A DNA stretch of 64,000 nt from IMG/VR virus record IMGVR_UViG_3300047564_002155, positions 96,001 to 160,000 of that record; one strand, written 5' to 3'. The first letter of the stretch is position 1, and the number at the start of each line of letters is the position of its first letter. The DNA comes from a virus. The notes under the pieces were generated by a model. That model ran no database searches. It saw only the letters and a program-made list of their open reading frames with translations, and was not told the DNA's origin. This document shows positions 10,172 to 19,798 of the stretch, piece after piece. The translations under genes were made by a program, and so were the position numbers.

Positions 10172-11944
10172 ATGGGAATTTTAACTCCTGGTGGTTTTGG
10201 AGCGGCCGGAACTCTGGCTGCAAGAGAAGGTTGGATTGCGGGTAATTCCGTTTCAGCTCGTGCTTTAGAGTGGTTACACCAACGAAGGGCATATGGTTCG
10301 GTTAGTTTTACAGGAGCTAATGATGGTTTTACTTGTAAAGCTAAAGCATATACTTTAACATTTGGAACGGGTGATGAAGCTGCTTTAAAAAGAGCCGGTA
10401 GATATGTTCCAAGACCACACTTAACTTCAATCACAACAAAAAACCAAGGTAGCGGTGATATTTCAGACATTGCTATGTGGGATATTTCATTTGAGTATGT
10501 AGTGTATTCAAGTGGTGACTTTAACGCAGCTACTGCTGCTTTTATGATTCCTGGCAACTTTGTAAATGTTAAATTTGGATGGACTAATGGGTTTGGTGAA
10601 GTTTCAATCAATGAAGCTGCCATTTATAACTTCGGGTGGACTTATAATTTAGATGGGTCTTGGACTTGTAATGCAAGTGCTTTGGCTAAAACGGCCATTG
10701 CAGGCGGTTTTATTATCAAACCATCAGCACAAGCACAAACTTCAAAAGACTCTGAAGGTGCTGAAACAAAGTATTACGGAGTAGGTGCAAAATTACAAGC
10801 AAAATGTGATGAAGCTTTGGGTTTGGGTAGAGATGAAAATGGTGCGGTGACGAATGATGGATTGGAAGAAGGTCAAGCACGAGCATCCGGTACTTATGGT
10901 GTAATTAAATTACAAAAAGAAGCTGGTGCTATGGATATGCTACTTTCGTTTGGTAGTGCAAACGAATTAGTTGTTTCATTTGTTCAACTAAAGTTATTGG
11001 TTTCTTTTTTAAACTCAACATCAATGGGTGATGCTGGAAAAATTGTATCAAACGAAGCAACCTTTTTAAACAATTATCTTTTAAAATCAGCCGACCCTGG
11101 AAAAATTCTAATGCCAGGTATTGGTGCTAATTATAAACAAACAGGTGGAACTGTAAATGATTTTAGTGCTATTGGTGGAACTTTTGGTAAAGTGGAAGAT
11201 ATTTGGATTTCAACAGGTTTAATAATTGAAGTTGAAAATAAATTATTAGAGCGTAAAAAAGAAGGTGAAGAGGCTTCTTATACAGTTCACCAATTTATGA
11301 GTCAAATATTAAAAGAGATAGAAACCGAAACGGGTTCCGTTGTGAACTGTTATTTACAATCAGACCCACAATCAAGTGGTATTAAAACCTACACCATAGT
11401 AAACCGACATAATGATATTGGTGGTGGAACTGGAGTTGGATACACATTCAAAACCCTTACACCAAATTCTATTATAAAAGGAATTAGTATGTCATCAAAC
11501 TTGGACGCTGAGATGTCTGCGATTGCATACACCGGCGGTGGTGGTAAGTATCCAAGTAATGCAATTAAGAATGTTTTTAATTGTACTCCAAAAAATCCAA
11601 ATGGTGCTGCTGGTGCTTTAGACAATACTAACCAAGCACTCAAAGAAAAAATTACGCAAATGGGTAATAACTATAACTCAAATGAAGTTTCTGATTTTAG
11701 AAAGGTTTTAAGAAAACACTTTATGAGTAAATTATTTCCATCTGCAAAAAGTATTCCATACGCAATTAACTTGAGCGTAACTTTTGATGGAGTAGATGGT
11801 ATTCAGTTTTTTAACACATTTACGGTAGATAATCTGCCAGGTGGTTTTGGTGATGTGTTTTTTGCAGTAGGTGAGATTGAGCATTCGGTTTCAAGTGGTA
11901 ATTGGGACACGACTATTGTTGGTTATATGATGATTAACACATAA
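10172..11944 (+). CDS. Probable baseplate hub protein
   Basis: 590 aa after the LysM gene. C-terminal LSVTFDGVDGIQFFNTFTVDNLP...FAVGEIEHSVSSGNWDTTI resembles hub (gp27/gpD-like) proteins. Confidence 0.55.
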   Translation: MGILTPGGFGAAGTLAAREGWIAGNSVSARALEWLHQRRAYGSVSFTGANDGFTCKAKAYTLTFGTGDEAALKRAGRYVPRPHLTSITTKNQGSGDISDIAMWDISFEYVVYSSGDFNAATAAFMIPGNFVNVKFGWTNGFGEVSINEAAIYNFGWTYNLDGSWTCNASALAKTAIAGGFIIKPSAQAQTSKDSEGAETKYYGVGAKLQAKCDEALGLGRDENGAVTNDGLEEGQARASGTYGVIKLQKEAGAMDMLLSFGSANELVVSFVQLKLLVSFLNSTSMGDAGKIVSNEATFLNNYLLKSADPGKILMPGIGANYKQTGGTVNDFSAIGGTFGKVEDIWISTGLIIEVENKLLERKKEGEEASYTVHQFMSQILKEIETETGSVVNCYLQSDPQSSGIKTYTIVNRHNDIGGGTGVGYTFKTLTPNSIIKGISMSSNLDAEMSAIAYTGGGGKYPSNAIKNVFNCTPKNPNGAAGALDNTNQALKEKITQMGNNYNSNEVSDFRKVLRKHFMSKLFPSAKSIPYAINLSVTFDGVDGIQFFNTFTVDNLPGGFGDVFFAVGEIEHSVSSGNWDTTIVGYMMINT

Positions 11945-11945
11945 G

Positions 11946-12515
11946 ATGAGTAGACAAAGAATATATTACCCAGAAGGAAAAATCCAAAAAGGATTATACA
12001 CCATCGGAAAACAATGGATGACCGAAGATGGTAAAGAGTATATTGGTGGGTATCATACCTACACCACCGGTGAAGTTTTTACTCAAGCATCTTATATCAA
12101 AGATGTATCAAAAAAACTCATACCATACAAAGATGTAAGTCAACAATCAGTAAAAGAAGTATTTGATTATGACGCTTTGCCAAAAAAGTCAAATCTAGCA
12201 GAACACTTTTTTCCAACTTACTCAAAAGCAACTCCAATTGAAAGTGATTACCTAAAAGGATTTGTAAAACGATACTATGTTAGAAGTATGTTGAATGGTA
12301 TCATTATGGAAACTTCTATAAGAGATTATAGTAAAGTTAGACCGGAAGTATTTGAAAAAACAACAATCACTTGGAAAATAACAGGTCCAATTAATGACTC
12401 CGGCTCCGAGCCCGGAATTGAAGACACGAACCGAAGATTGGTAAATTTGGCTGAAAGAGAAGTCAAAGGGATAACAAACTACATAACAAACTTTACCGAG
12501 TTCAGAAAGATTTAA
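11946..12515 (+). CDS. Hypothetical protein (last gene of the structural block)
   Basis: 189-aa ORF abutting the previous gene. Confidence 0.7.
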   Translation: MSRQRIYYPEGKIQKGLYTIGKQWMTEDGKEYIGGYHTYTTGEVFTQASYIKDVSKKLIPYKDVSQQSVKEVFDYDALPKKSNLAEHFFPTYSKATPIESDYLKGFVKRYYVRSMLNGIIMETSIRDYSKVRPEVFEKTTITWKITGPINDSGSEPGIEDTNRRLVNLAEREVKGITNYITNFTEFRKI

Positions 12516-12535
12516 CAATTTGATAACATTGAGGG

Positions 12536-12566
12536 CTTGTCAGTTCAAATAGTTTTCGTATCTTTG
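12536..12566 (+). promoter_or_regulatory. Bacteroidota-type primary sigma promoter (-33/-7)
   Basis: CTTG-N19-TATCTTTG; tandem TAACA repeats just upstream. Confidence 0.75.
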
Positions 12567-12585
12567 TTAAGTAAGTGATAAACAA

Positions 12586-12867
12586 ATGAAAACTATGAAT
12601 TACGCTGAACTGACCAAGATGTCTCTTGAAGACCTCCGTATGTTGAACAATCGTGTGGTTGAAGTCATCAAGATGAAACGCAAAGAATCTTCTTTGGAAA
12701 AGAAGTTTGAACTCCAAGTTGGAATGCAGGTAAAGGTCAACCACCCTAAACTGATGGGTATGAAGTTGGTAGTTAATGAAATTCGCCGAACCAAGGCGTC
12801 TCTTCGGGTGTTGGATGGTTTTGCTAGTTACAGCGTCCCCATCAATATGATTGAAGTTGTAAAATAA
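12586..12867 (+). CDS. Hypothetical early protein (SH3/KOW-like C-terminus)
   Basis: LQVGMQVKVNHP...VVNEIRRTKA pattern. Confidence 0.65.
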   Translation: MKTMNYAELTKMSLEDLRMLNNRVVEVIKMKRKESSLEKKFELQVGMQVKVNHPKLMGMKLVVNEIRRTKASLRVLDGFASYSVPINMIEVVK

Positions 12868-12873
12868 TTAGAT

Positions 12874-13092
12874 ATGGCTATTGTAAATAAACCCAAAACA
12901 CGAGGTATTGAGATTGACCTCACAGGTCCTCAAGGTAACGCATTCTTCCTTCTTGGAACCGCAAGTAATCTTGCTAAACAATTAGATTTGGATGGTAAAA
13001 AGATTGTAGAAGAAATGAAGAGTGGTAACTACGAAAACCTCCTTCAAGTCTTTGACCGACACTTTGGTTCATTCGTAACCCTTTACCGATAA
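12874..13092 (+). CDS. Conserved-type small phage protein
   Basis: IEIDLTGPQGNAFFLLG...MKSGNYENLL motif. Confidence 0.7.
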   Translation: MAIVNKPKTRGIEIDLTGPQGNAFFLLGTASNLAKQLDLDGKKIVEEMKSGNYENLLQVFDRHFGSFVTLYR

Positions 13093-13093
13093 T

Positions 13094-13456
13094 ATGGAAC
13101 TATCAGAACTTCAAGGTAAAATTGTTAAGGTGGTCGTGCCTGTTAAAGGTAAGTTGTTCTCAATGAATTTGAAAGTATGTCGTGTTAAAGCACGTTCAGT
13201 TCTATTCATTGAAGTAATTAAGCCAGAACGAAAGAACATATTTCGTAAAGCATCTATGAAAATGTTAGATTCGTTTAATGAATCAACAATCACATTCAAA
13301 GATAGCACTTTGCTTGATAAATGGGAATCTTCTTGGGATTCTATTGGTCAACTCACACCATCATACTCTCGCCAAGTTTTTAGTAAGCACTCAAGGGGGT
13401 GGGCGCCAAGACTACCATCAACAACAAACTCATCTGCTGGGTTTCCAATGGTTTAA
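13094..13456 (+). CDS. Hypothetical protein
   Basis: 120-aa ORF, tightly packed. Confidence 0.6.
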   Translation: MELSELQGKIVKVVVPVKGKLFSMNLKVCRVKARSVLFIEVIKPERKNIFRKASMKMLDSFNESTITFKDSTLLDKWESSWDSIGQLTPSYSRQVFSKHSRGWAPRLPSTTNSSAGFPMV

Positions 13457-13488
13457 TTTGGTGATATCAAAATAATTTCGTATATTTG
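13457..13488 (+). promoter_or_regulatory. Bacteroidota-type promoter
   Basis: TTTG-N20-TATATTTG; GTG start 4 nt downstream. Confidence 0.8.
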
Positions 13489-13492
13489 TAGT

Positions 13493-14716
13493 GTGAAAAT
13501 AGTAGACACGCAGGAAGAATTACATAAACATCTCTCTCAACTTTCCGAGAAGGTCGTGGTGTTCCCCATTCTATCAAGTTTGGAGAAACACCCACGGCTT
13601 TCTCGTATATCTGCTATTTTGATTTCTGATGGTGAATTGGATTTGTTTGTAAACTACCACAATATAGAAGCGTCTACAATTTCAGAAAAGATTGACTTTA
13701 ACCCATTCAAAGAGGTATGCGTAGTGGGTTTAAAAGACTTTCTACACCATTACGAGTTCTTACCTAATATGTACGACCTTGAGATGTCGTTATTCCATCA
13801 GGCGTCAAATTTTGAGGTAGATGAGAAACCAATCTATACGGTATTTCGTAGGAGAAAAGCTCCAAGAGGAAACGACCTTATCCCCATTTGGAAACACTAC
13901 GAACAATTTCAAGATTGGAAAAACTTGTGGTCTCAAAATGCGACCTCAAGTAAGTTTGCACAATTATATGTAAAAACATTAGTAAACCTGGAAAAATCAG
14001 GTCTTTATACGGATTCACATATAACGGAATATACACAATACAACACATTGACCACAACTTCAAGACCATCCAATACATTTGGTGGGGTCAACTATGCGGC
14101 TCTACCAAAAGATGGTGATGTTCGTAAGAGGTTCATATCACGATTTGAGGGGGGTAAATTGTATCAACTTGACTTTGATGGATACCACCCACGACTGATT
14201 GGTAAACTGATTGGGGTAGACATTCCATTGGATATAAAAGCACACCAATGGTTGGCTGACCAATATGGGGCAGATATCAAAGACGCAAAAGCTATTACCT
14301 TCCGGCAATTATATGGTGGGGTCCAAGATGAATACAAACATATTCCGTTTTTTAGTAAAACCGCAGAGTATATTGAGACCCTATGGCGTCAGTTTTTGGT
14401 AGATAGGGTAGTTTATACACCAATATTCAAACGAAAGATAGTTTTTTCTGATGATTTAAACAAAAATAAACTATTTAACTACATTCTGCAGTCCGTTGAG
14501 ACTGAAAGGAATATAATTATACTTGATAAATTGTCTAAACTAAAACCCCAGCACTCTTTACCAATACTTTACACATACGACTCAATTTTATTTGATATCC
14601 ACAAAGATGATATAAATTATATTAGTGAAGTAAAATCCATAATGGAAAATGATGGATTCCCTGTTGGTGTTGAAGTAGGTGACAACTATAAAGAAATGGT
14701 TACAACACATATTTGA
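13493..14716 (+). CDS. Atypical short family-A DNA polymerase-like protein
   Basis: TTTSRPSN...VRKRFISR, motif A QLDFDGYHPRL, motif B AKAITFRQLYGG, motif C LYTYDSILFD. Degenerate N-terminal exonuclease-like region. Confidence 0.85.
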   Translation: MKIVDTQEELHKHLSQLSEKVVVFPILSSLEKHPRLSRISAILISDGELDLFVNYHNIEASTISEKIDFNPFKEVCVVGLKDFLHHYEFLPNMYDLEMSLFHQASNFEVDEKPIYTVFRRRKAPRGNDLIPIWKHYEQFQDWKNLWSQNATSSKFAQLYVKTLVNLEKSGLYTDSHITEYTQYNTLTTTSRPSNTFGGVNYAALPKDGDVRKRFISRFEGGKLYQLDFDGYHPRLIGKLIGVDIPLDIKAHQWLADQYGADIKDAKAITFRQLYGGVQDEYKHIPFFSKTAEYIETLWRQFLVDRVVYTPIFKRKIVFSDDLNKNKLFNYILQSVETERNIIILDKLSKLKPQHSLPILYTYDSILFDIHKDDINYISEVKSIMENDGFPVGVEVGDNYKEMVTTHI

Positions 14717-14727
14717 TATTTATACTT

Positions 14728-16353
14728 ATGAAGAAACTCATTGAACGTATTTCCAAAAAATGGTGGAATGAAGTCGGATACGAACTTTACAACAATCCTT
14801 TAAGCGAAAGGTCTGTTGCGGGATTGTATTCAGTTCTATTAGAAGAGTTTGATGAGAAGAGAGCCAAAGAGTTAGTATTGGCTATTTTAGAGGGTGGAAG
14901 TCCAATCCCACCTAAAAAAGAAGAAGACCCTACTGAAAAGGAACTTGACCAATACGATATGTTAACTCAAGCCGAAAAAGATGAGTTAAAGAAAAAAGAA
15001 AAAGACCTTGATGAGGATAGTTGGGTAAAGAATAAAAAGTCGGGTAATGTCTACACGGTTAAAAAACCAAATCCCGAAACCCACGTTACACCAAGTAAGG
15101 GTGAAATTGAAAAGGCCGAAAAAGAAAAGCAAGATAAGCCAGAAGGTGAAGTAAAACCATTCTCATCAGCTACCGCAAAATCGGAACAAGCTAAATTAGC
15201 TAAAATTGATGAACTATTGGCTGGTCAAGATGATAATACTTTACAAAGAGCTGAAGTTCTAAAACAAAATTGGGACCAATTTGTAAATGCAAAAACTCGT
15301 GAAGAACGAGTTCAAGCGGTTCGTGAATTAGCTGACAATAACTTGATTGAAGGTCACGCTGGTGGTAAGAAAATCTATCTATCACCAAACTCAGCCCTAC
15401 CATACAAACACCTAACAGGTGCAAGTGGAACTTCGGTTAGTGAAGAAATGAACAAAATTATCCAAGAAGAGGGTATTGATGTTCCTATGAGGGGTGGTGC
15501 AAAAGACCGAGCGTTGGCTGATATGAGTGGTAAACACAATGAAGCTGGGGTGGTTGCATATCTATTCCCTTCAGATGAAAATAAAAAGGCATATCAATCT
15601 ACTCAAAACACATTGAAAGAATTGGGTGGTGATGAAGCCAAGTTTGACGCAATCAATAAAAAGGCAGCCGAGGTAATGAAATCATCTTTACCGGAGGGCT
15701 CACAAATTACAGGCGCTCAACAAGTCGGTGGTGTTGGTAAAAACGCATTGGCTCAATTAGGTATTGACCCTAAAGTTGACCCAACGGATTTGATTATTCA
15801 GTATAAAGATAAAGATGGAAACGACCAAATTATGAAAGTTTCTGCAAAAACCTATACTGACCCCAAAAATATCACAATGAAGAATTCTGGTGTTAATAAC
15901 GCAGGTGCTACTTATTTGGGTGATATTGGTAAAGACCTTGATGCAAAAGTTGGTGAGTTAAGAAAGAAATATGCTTGGAACGATTCTATGTCTGACCAAG
16001 AAAAAGCTGACCAAAAGAAAAATTTAAAGCAAGCATACCTTGGTGAGTTTTCTTCTAAAATGGAAGAATTGTCTAAAACCAGAGAAGGTCAACAAAAATT
16101 GACTGATATGTGGAAAGATGTTCACGGGTGTGGTAAAAATGTTCACACCCAAGTAATCAACAAAAAAACAGGTGATGTTCAAATGAAGTCGCCCGACCAT
16201 TATTGTAATCCAACTCCACCATTTGGAGTAAAATTTGATGGTGTTAAACTTGTAATCAATATGGGTGGTAAAGATGACTCATTCCTACAAGTAGATATGA
16301 AGACCGAGGATAAGGGCTCGCCCAAGATACTATTTAGACATAGAACAAAATAA
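14728..16353 (+). CDS. Late protein with a putative PD-(D/E)xK nuclease domain
   Basis: KHNEAGVVAYL ... KVDPTDLIIQY ... MKVSAKTY. Acidic/charged N-terminal region. The ATG lies 3 nt after TATTTATA. Confidence 0.5.
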   Translation: MKKLIERISKKWWNEVGYELYNNPLSERSVAGLYSVLLEEFDEKRAKELVLAILEGGSPIPPKKEEDPTEKELDQYDMLTQAEKDELKKKEKDLDEDSWVKNKKSGNVYTVKKPNPETHVTPSKGEIEKAEKEKQDKPEGEVKPFSSATAKSEQAKLAKIDELLAGQDDNTLQRAEVLKQNWDQFVNAKTREERVQAVRELADNNLIEGHAGGKKIYLSPNSALPYKHLTGASGTSVSEEMNKIIQEEGIDVPMRGGAKDRALADMSGKHNEAGVVAYLFPSDENKKAYQSTQNTLKELGGDEAKFDAINKKAAEVMKSSLPEGSQITGAQQVGGVGKNALAQLGIDPKVDPTDLIIQYKDKDGNDQIMKVSAKTYTDPKNITMKNSGVNNAGATYLGDIGKDLDAKVGELRKKYAWNDSMSDQEKADQKKNLKQAYLGEFSSKMEELSKTREGQQKLTDMWKDVHGCGKNVHTQVINKKTGDVQMKSPDHYCNPTPPFGVKFDGVKLVINMGGKDDSFLQVDMKTEDKGSPKILFRHRTK

Positions 16354-16367
16354 TTACGGAGAGATGA

Positions 16368-16757
16368 GTGAGAACCCAATTGTTATGTACCTTCACAAAC
16401 GAAGAATCATTTGAAAATATTGTAGACACTATTCTGAAAACCTATGAGTTATTCAGCAGAAAAATCTTTATCCTAAAATTAGAACCATCAAAAGAATTGG
16501 TAATTAGCTACAATATTATTCCAGCAACCGAAAACTCGTTCTTACCAAATACTATAATGGTTCACCGAAAAAAAGAGTCAAATACAATGTATACCATCAA
16601 TGCGTTAAATAGACTAATTTCAGACCTAAACAAAGGTGTGGTAGATAAGTCTTTTCAAGTTGATTGGGATATTTATAGAAACAGTGTGATACTCACCAAT
16701 GGTGATTCATACAAGGTTTTGAAAACAAGTTTGTTTCGCATCGTAGATGTAAAATAA
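16368..16757 (+). CDS. Hypothetical protein
   Basis: 129 aa, GGAG 6 nt upstream of GTG. Confidence 0.7.
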   Translation: MRTQLLCTFTNEESFENIVDTILKTYELFSRKIFILKLEPSKELVISYNIIPATENSFLPNTIMVHRKKESNTMYTINALNRLISDLNKGVVDKSFQVDWDIYRNSVILTNGDSYKVLKTSLFRIVDVK

Positions 16758-16780
16758 AAAATAAAAAATATTGGAATACA

Positions 16781-16812
16781 TTTGGAATTGTCAGCCAAAT
16801 GTTGTATATTAG
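16781..16812 (+). promoter_or_regulatory. Bacteroidota-type promoter
   Basis: TTTG-N20-TATATTAG upstream of SSB. Confidence 0.65.
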
Positions 16813-16851
16813 TGACAAGTTAATGTTTAACAATTAAAAAATGGTACAATT

Positions 16852-17619
16852 ATGGCTATTGATTTAAACGCAATCCGCAACCGTCTGAATTCTCTTCAGA
16901 CAAAAGTCCAAAAAACGGACAACCTTTGGAAGCCGACTCCCGGCAAACAACAAGTACGAATCCTTCCGTACATCCACAACCCCAATAACCCTTTTATTGA
17001 ACTTTACTTCCACTTTGATTTGGGTGGTAAGAATGTCATCTCTCCGATGTCGTTTGGTGAGGCTGACCCTATTGTAGAGTTTGCTGAAAAGTTGAAGGCA
17101 ACTGGCAATCGTGAGGATTGGAACCTTGCAAAACAACTCACCCCCAAGATGCGAACTTATGTTCCGGTATTGGTTCGTGGTGAAGAGTCTGAAGGTGTTA
17201 AGTTTTGGGGATTTGGTAAGCAAGTTTACCAAGAACTTCTTGGTTTCTTCGCTGACCCTGACTATGGTGATTTGACCGACCCTGTGAATGGTCGTGATGT
17301 TACGGTAGATTTCAAAACCGCAGCTGAAGTTGGTAAGTCTTACCCTGAAACTTCAATCCGTGTTAAACCAAACACAACCCCTATTTCGGAAGATAAGAAC
17401 ATCTTGGAATTGGCAAAAGACCAAATTGATTTGTCAACTATGTTCAAGCGTGTATCTTACGATGAAATGGAGTCTATGCTCCAACAATGGTTGGAAACTG
17501 GTAAAGTAGAAGATGGTCAAGCTGAAACTGCTGATGTTTCACAACCATCAACTCCGGCTCAAACAACCTCTAAAGCTTCTAATGTTAAAGAAGCGTTTGA
17601 TGACCTTTTCAACGACTAA
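16852..17619 (+). CDS. Single-stranded DNA-binding protein (gp32-like)
   Basis: WKP..GKQQVRILPY, GVKFWGFGKQVY, DLTDPVNGRD, acidic tail ending AFDDLFND. Confidence 0.85.
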   Translation: MAIDLNAIRNRLNSLQTKVQKTDNLWKPTPGKQQVRILPYIHNPNNPFIELYFHFDLGGKNVISPMSFGEADPIVEFAEKLKATGNREDWNLAKQLTPKMRTYVPVLVRGEESEGVKFWGFGKQVYQELLGFFADPDYGDLTDPVNGRDVTVDFKTAAEVGKSYPETSIRVKPNTTPISEDKNILELAKDQIDLSTMFKRVSYDEMESMLQQWLETGKVEDGQAETADVSQPSTPAQTTSKASNVKEAFDDLFND

Positions 17620-17622
17620 TTT

Positions 17623-18759
17623 ATGGCTAAAAAAGTAGAATCATCTCGTGATGAACTATCTTCAATTCTAGCTGCTAATCTCAACAAGAAGTTTAAGTCC
17701 GCCCACAAGGTGGCTTTCTTCTTGGATGGGTCAGAACAAACCCCTACCGATTTGGATGAGTGGGTTTCAACTGGCTCACCGATGTTAGACCTCGCCATTG
17801 CAAACCGACCCCACGGCGGTTTGCCGGTGGGTCGCATTACCGAGATTACGGGCTTGGAAGGAAGTGGTAAATCACTACTCGCAGCTCACGCTATTGCAGA
17901 TACTCAAAAGAAGGGTGGACTTGGTGTTTATATTGACACCGAGAACGCACTGAACCAAGAGTTTCTTGAGGCGATTGGAGTTGACATCAAAAAGATGTTG
18001 TATGTTCCATTGGAAACCGTGGAAGACATCTTTGAAGCAATTGATTCTATCATTGAATCAGTCCGTGCCGCCGATGGTGAAAAGAAGAAATTGGTAACTA
18101 TTGTAGTTGACTCCGTTGCCGGGGCTTCTACAAAAGTTGAAATTTCTGCTGACTACGACCAAGCTGGATACGCAACTCAAAAAGCTATTATTATTTCTAA
18201 AGCGATGAGAAAGGTCACGAACTTGATTGGTCGTGAACGAATCTCTCTAATCTTTACAAACCAACTTCGTACTCGTTTGGGTGTATCTTTTGGTGACCCT
18301 TGGACAACAAGTGGTGGTAAGGCAATCGCATTCCACTCATCGTGTCGTATCCGACTCAAACAAATGGGTCAGTTGAAAGCAAAGGTTGGTGGTGTAGACC
18401 AAGTAGTAGGTATTAAGACTCGTGCTCAAGTGATTAAAAATCGTATGGGTCCACCTCTCCGTTCTATTGATTACGATATCTACTTTGATAGTGGTATTGA
18501 CAATTATGGTTCGTGGTTGGAAATGATGAAGACCTACAAACTTGTAAATCAGACAGGCGCTTGGTATACCTATGTAGATACTGAAACTGGCGAAGAAATT
18601 AAGTTCCAAGCCAAGAACTTTGAAGAAATGATGGAGTCACGACCAGAACTGAAAGAGTCAATCTATCAGAAAATTTGTGATACTTACATTATGTCTTACA
18701 AAGAGTCAAGTGCTGAATCAAACATTGATAATATTGAAGTAACCGATTTTGATGATTAG
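17623..18759 (+). CDS. recA: RecA/UvsX recombinase
   Basis: Walker A GLEGSGKS, YIDTENA, IVVDSVA, IFTNQLR, TTSGGKAIAFHSS, IKNRMGPP. Confidence 0.95.
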   Translation: MAKKVESSRDELSSILAANLNKKFKSAHKVAFFLDGSEQTPTDLDEWVSTGSPMLDLAIANRPHGGLPVGRITEITGLEGSGKSLLAAHAIADTQKKGGLGVYIDTENALNQEFLEAIGVDIKKMLYVPLETVEDIFEAIDSIIESVRAADGEKKKLVTIVVDSVAGASTKVEISADYDQAGYATQKAIIISKAMRKVTNLIGRERISLIFTNQLRTRLGVSFGDPWTTSGGKAIAFHSSCRIRLKQMGQLKAKVGGVDQVVGIKTRAQVIKNRMGPPLRSIDYDIYFDSGIDNYGSWLEMMKTYKLVNQTGAWYTYVDTETGEEIKFQAKNFEEMMESRPELKESIYQKICDTYIMSYKESSAESNIDNIEVTDFDD

Positions 18760-19798
18760 TAAATACGCAGAACTCCTTAAAGAAGTTAAGAAAGAACATT
18801 TAGAGGTTAAAGATGAACACCTAAATGATAGAGTGCTTATTGTAGATGGGCTGAATCAGTTTATTCGTGTCTTTGGGGCAGTTCCTGCGTTAAATGACGA
18901 TGGTGAACACTGTGGTGGTATAACAGGTTTCTTGTTATCCACCGCAGCCTCCATCCGAACTCTTAAACCAACTCGTGTAGTTGTTGTATTTGATGGTAAG
19001 GGTGGTTCCCAGCGTAGAAAATCAAAATATAGTGGTTATAAAGAGGGTCGTACTGGTCTTACCAAAATCAACCGATTGGCTGGTTATGAAGACTTGGAAG
19101 ACCAACAACAATCAATGCGATATCAGTTCTCACGACTGATTGAATACCTACAAGTATTGCCGGTATCATTAACATATATTGACCACGTTGAAGCGGATGA
19201 TATCATTGCATATCTTGCAAATCATTATTTCCAAAAAGAAGTAGTAATTGTATCATCCGATAAGGATTTTCTTCAATTGGTAAATCCACGAATTAAAGTG
19301 TGGTCTTCTAATAAAAAGAAAATGTATGATGAGTCATTAGTTAGACAAGAATATGGTGTAATACCACAAAATCTTGTATTTTATCGTGTTCTAACCGGAG
19401 ACGCTTCTGATAATATCAAAGGTGTTAAAGGTGTTGGTGATAAAACCATAGAGTCTAAAATGTCATTCTTAAATAATGGTGAATTAGAGTTAGATGAGTT
19501 TATAAACGAATGTTCTAATGTAGATGAAAAGTTATCAAAAAAATTGATGGATAACATAGATGTTATACGAATGAACTTTGACCTTATGCAGCTACGAGAC
19601 CCTGAAATTGCATCATCTATAAAATCTAATGTTAGAGCCATTATGGATAATGGGACCAATCAATTGGATATGATTGAGTTTAAGAAAATGTTTATGGGTG
19701 ATAAATTATATACCGCTTTTGCTGATGTTGATTCTTGGTTAAGAAATTCTTTTCTAAATTTAGATACCCTCATTAAGAAGCATTTAAATGGTAAATGA
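18752..19798 (+). CDS. 5'-3' exonuclease / flap endonuclease (T4 RNase H / Pol I N-terminal type)
   Basis: LIVDGLN, VVFDGKG, YKEGR, EADDIIA, SSDKDFLQL, LTGDASDNIKGVKGVGDKT. Confidence 0.93.
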   Translation: MISKYAELLKEVKKEHLEVKDEHLNDRVLIVDGLNQFIRVFGAVPALNDDGEHCGGITGFLLSTAASIRTLKPTRVVVVFDGKGGSQRRKSKYSGYKEGRTGLTKINRLAGYEDLEDQQQSMRYQFSRLIEYLQVLPVSLTYIDHVEADDIIAYLANHYFQKEVVIVSSDKDFLQLVNPRIKVWSSNKKKMYDESLVRQEYGVIPQNLVFYRVLTGDASDNIKGVKGVGDKTIESKMSFLNNGELELDEFINECSNVDEKLSKKLMDNIDVIRMNFDLMQLRDPEIASSIKSNVRAIMDNGTNQLDMIEFKKMFMGDKLYTAFADVDSWLRNSFLNLDTLIKKHLNGK

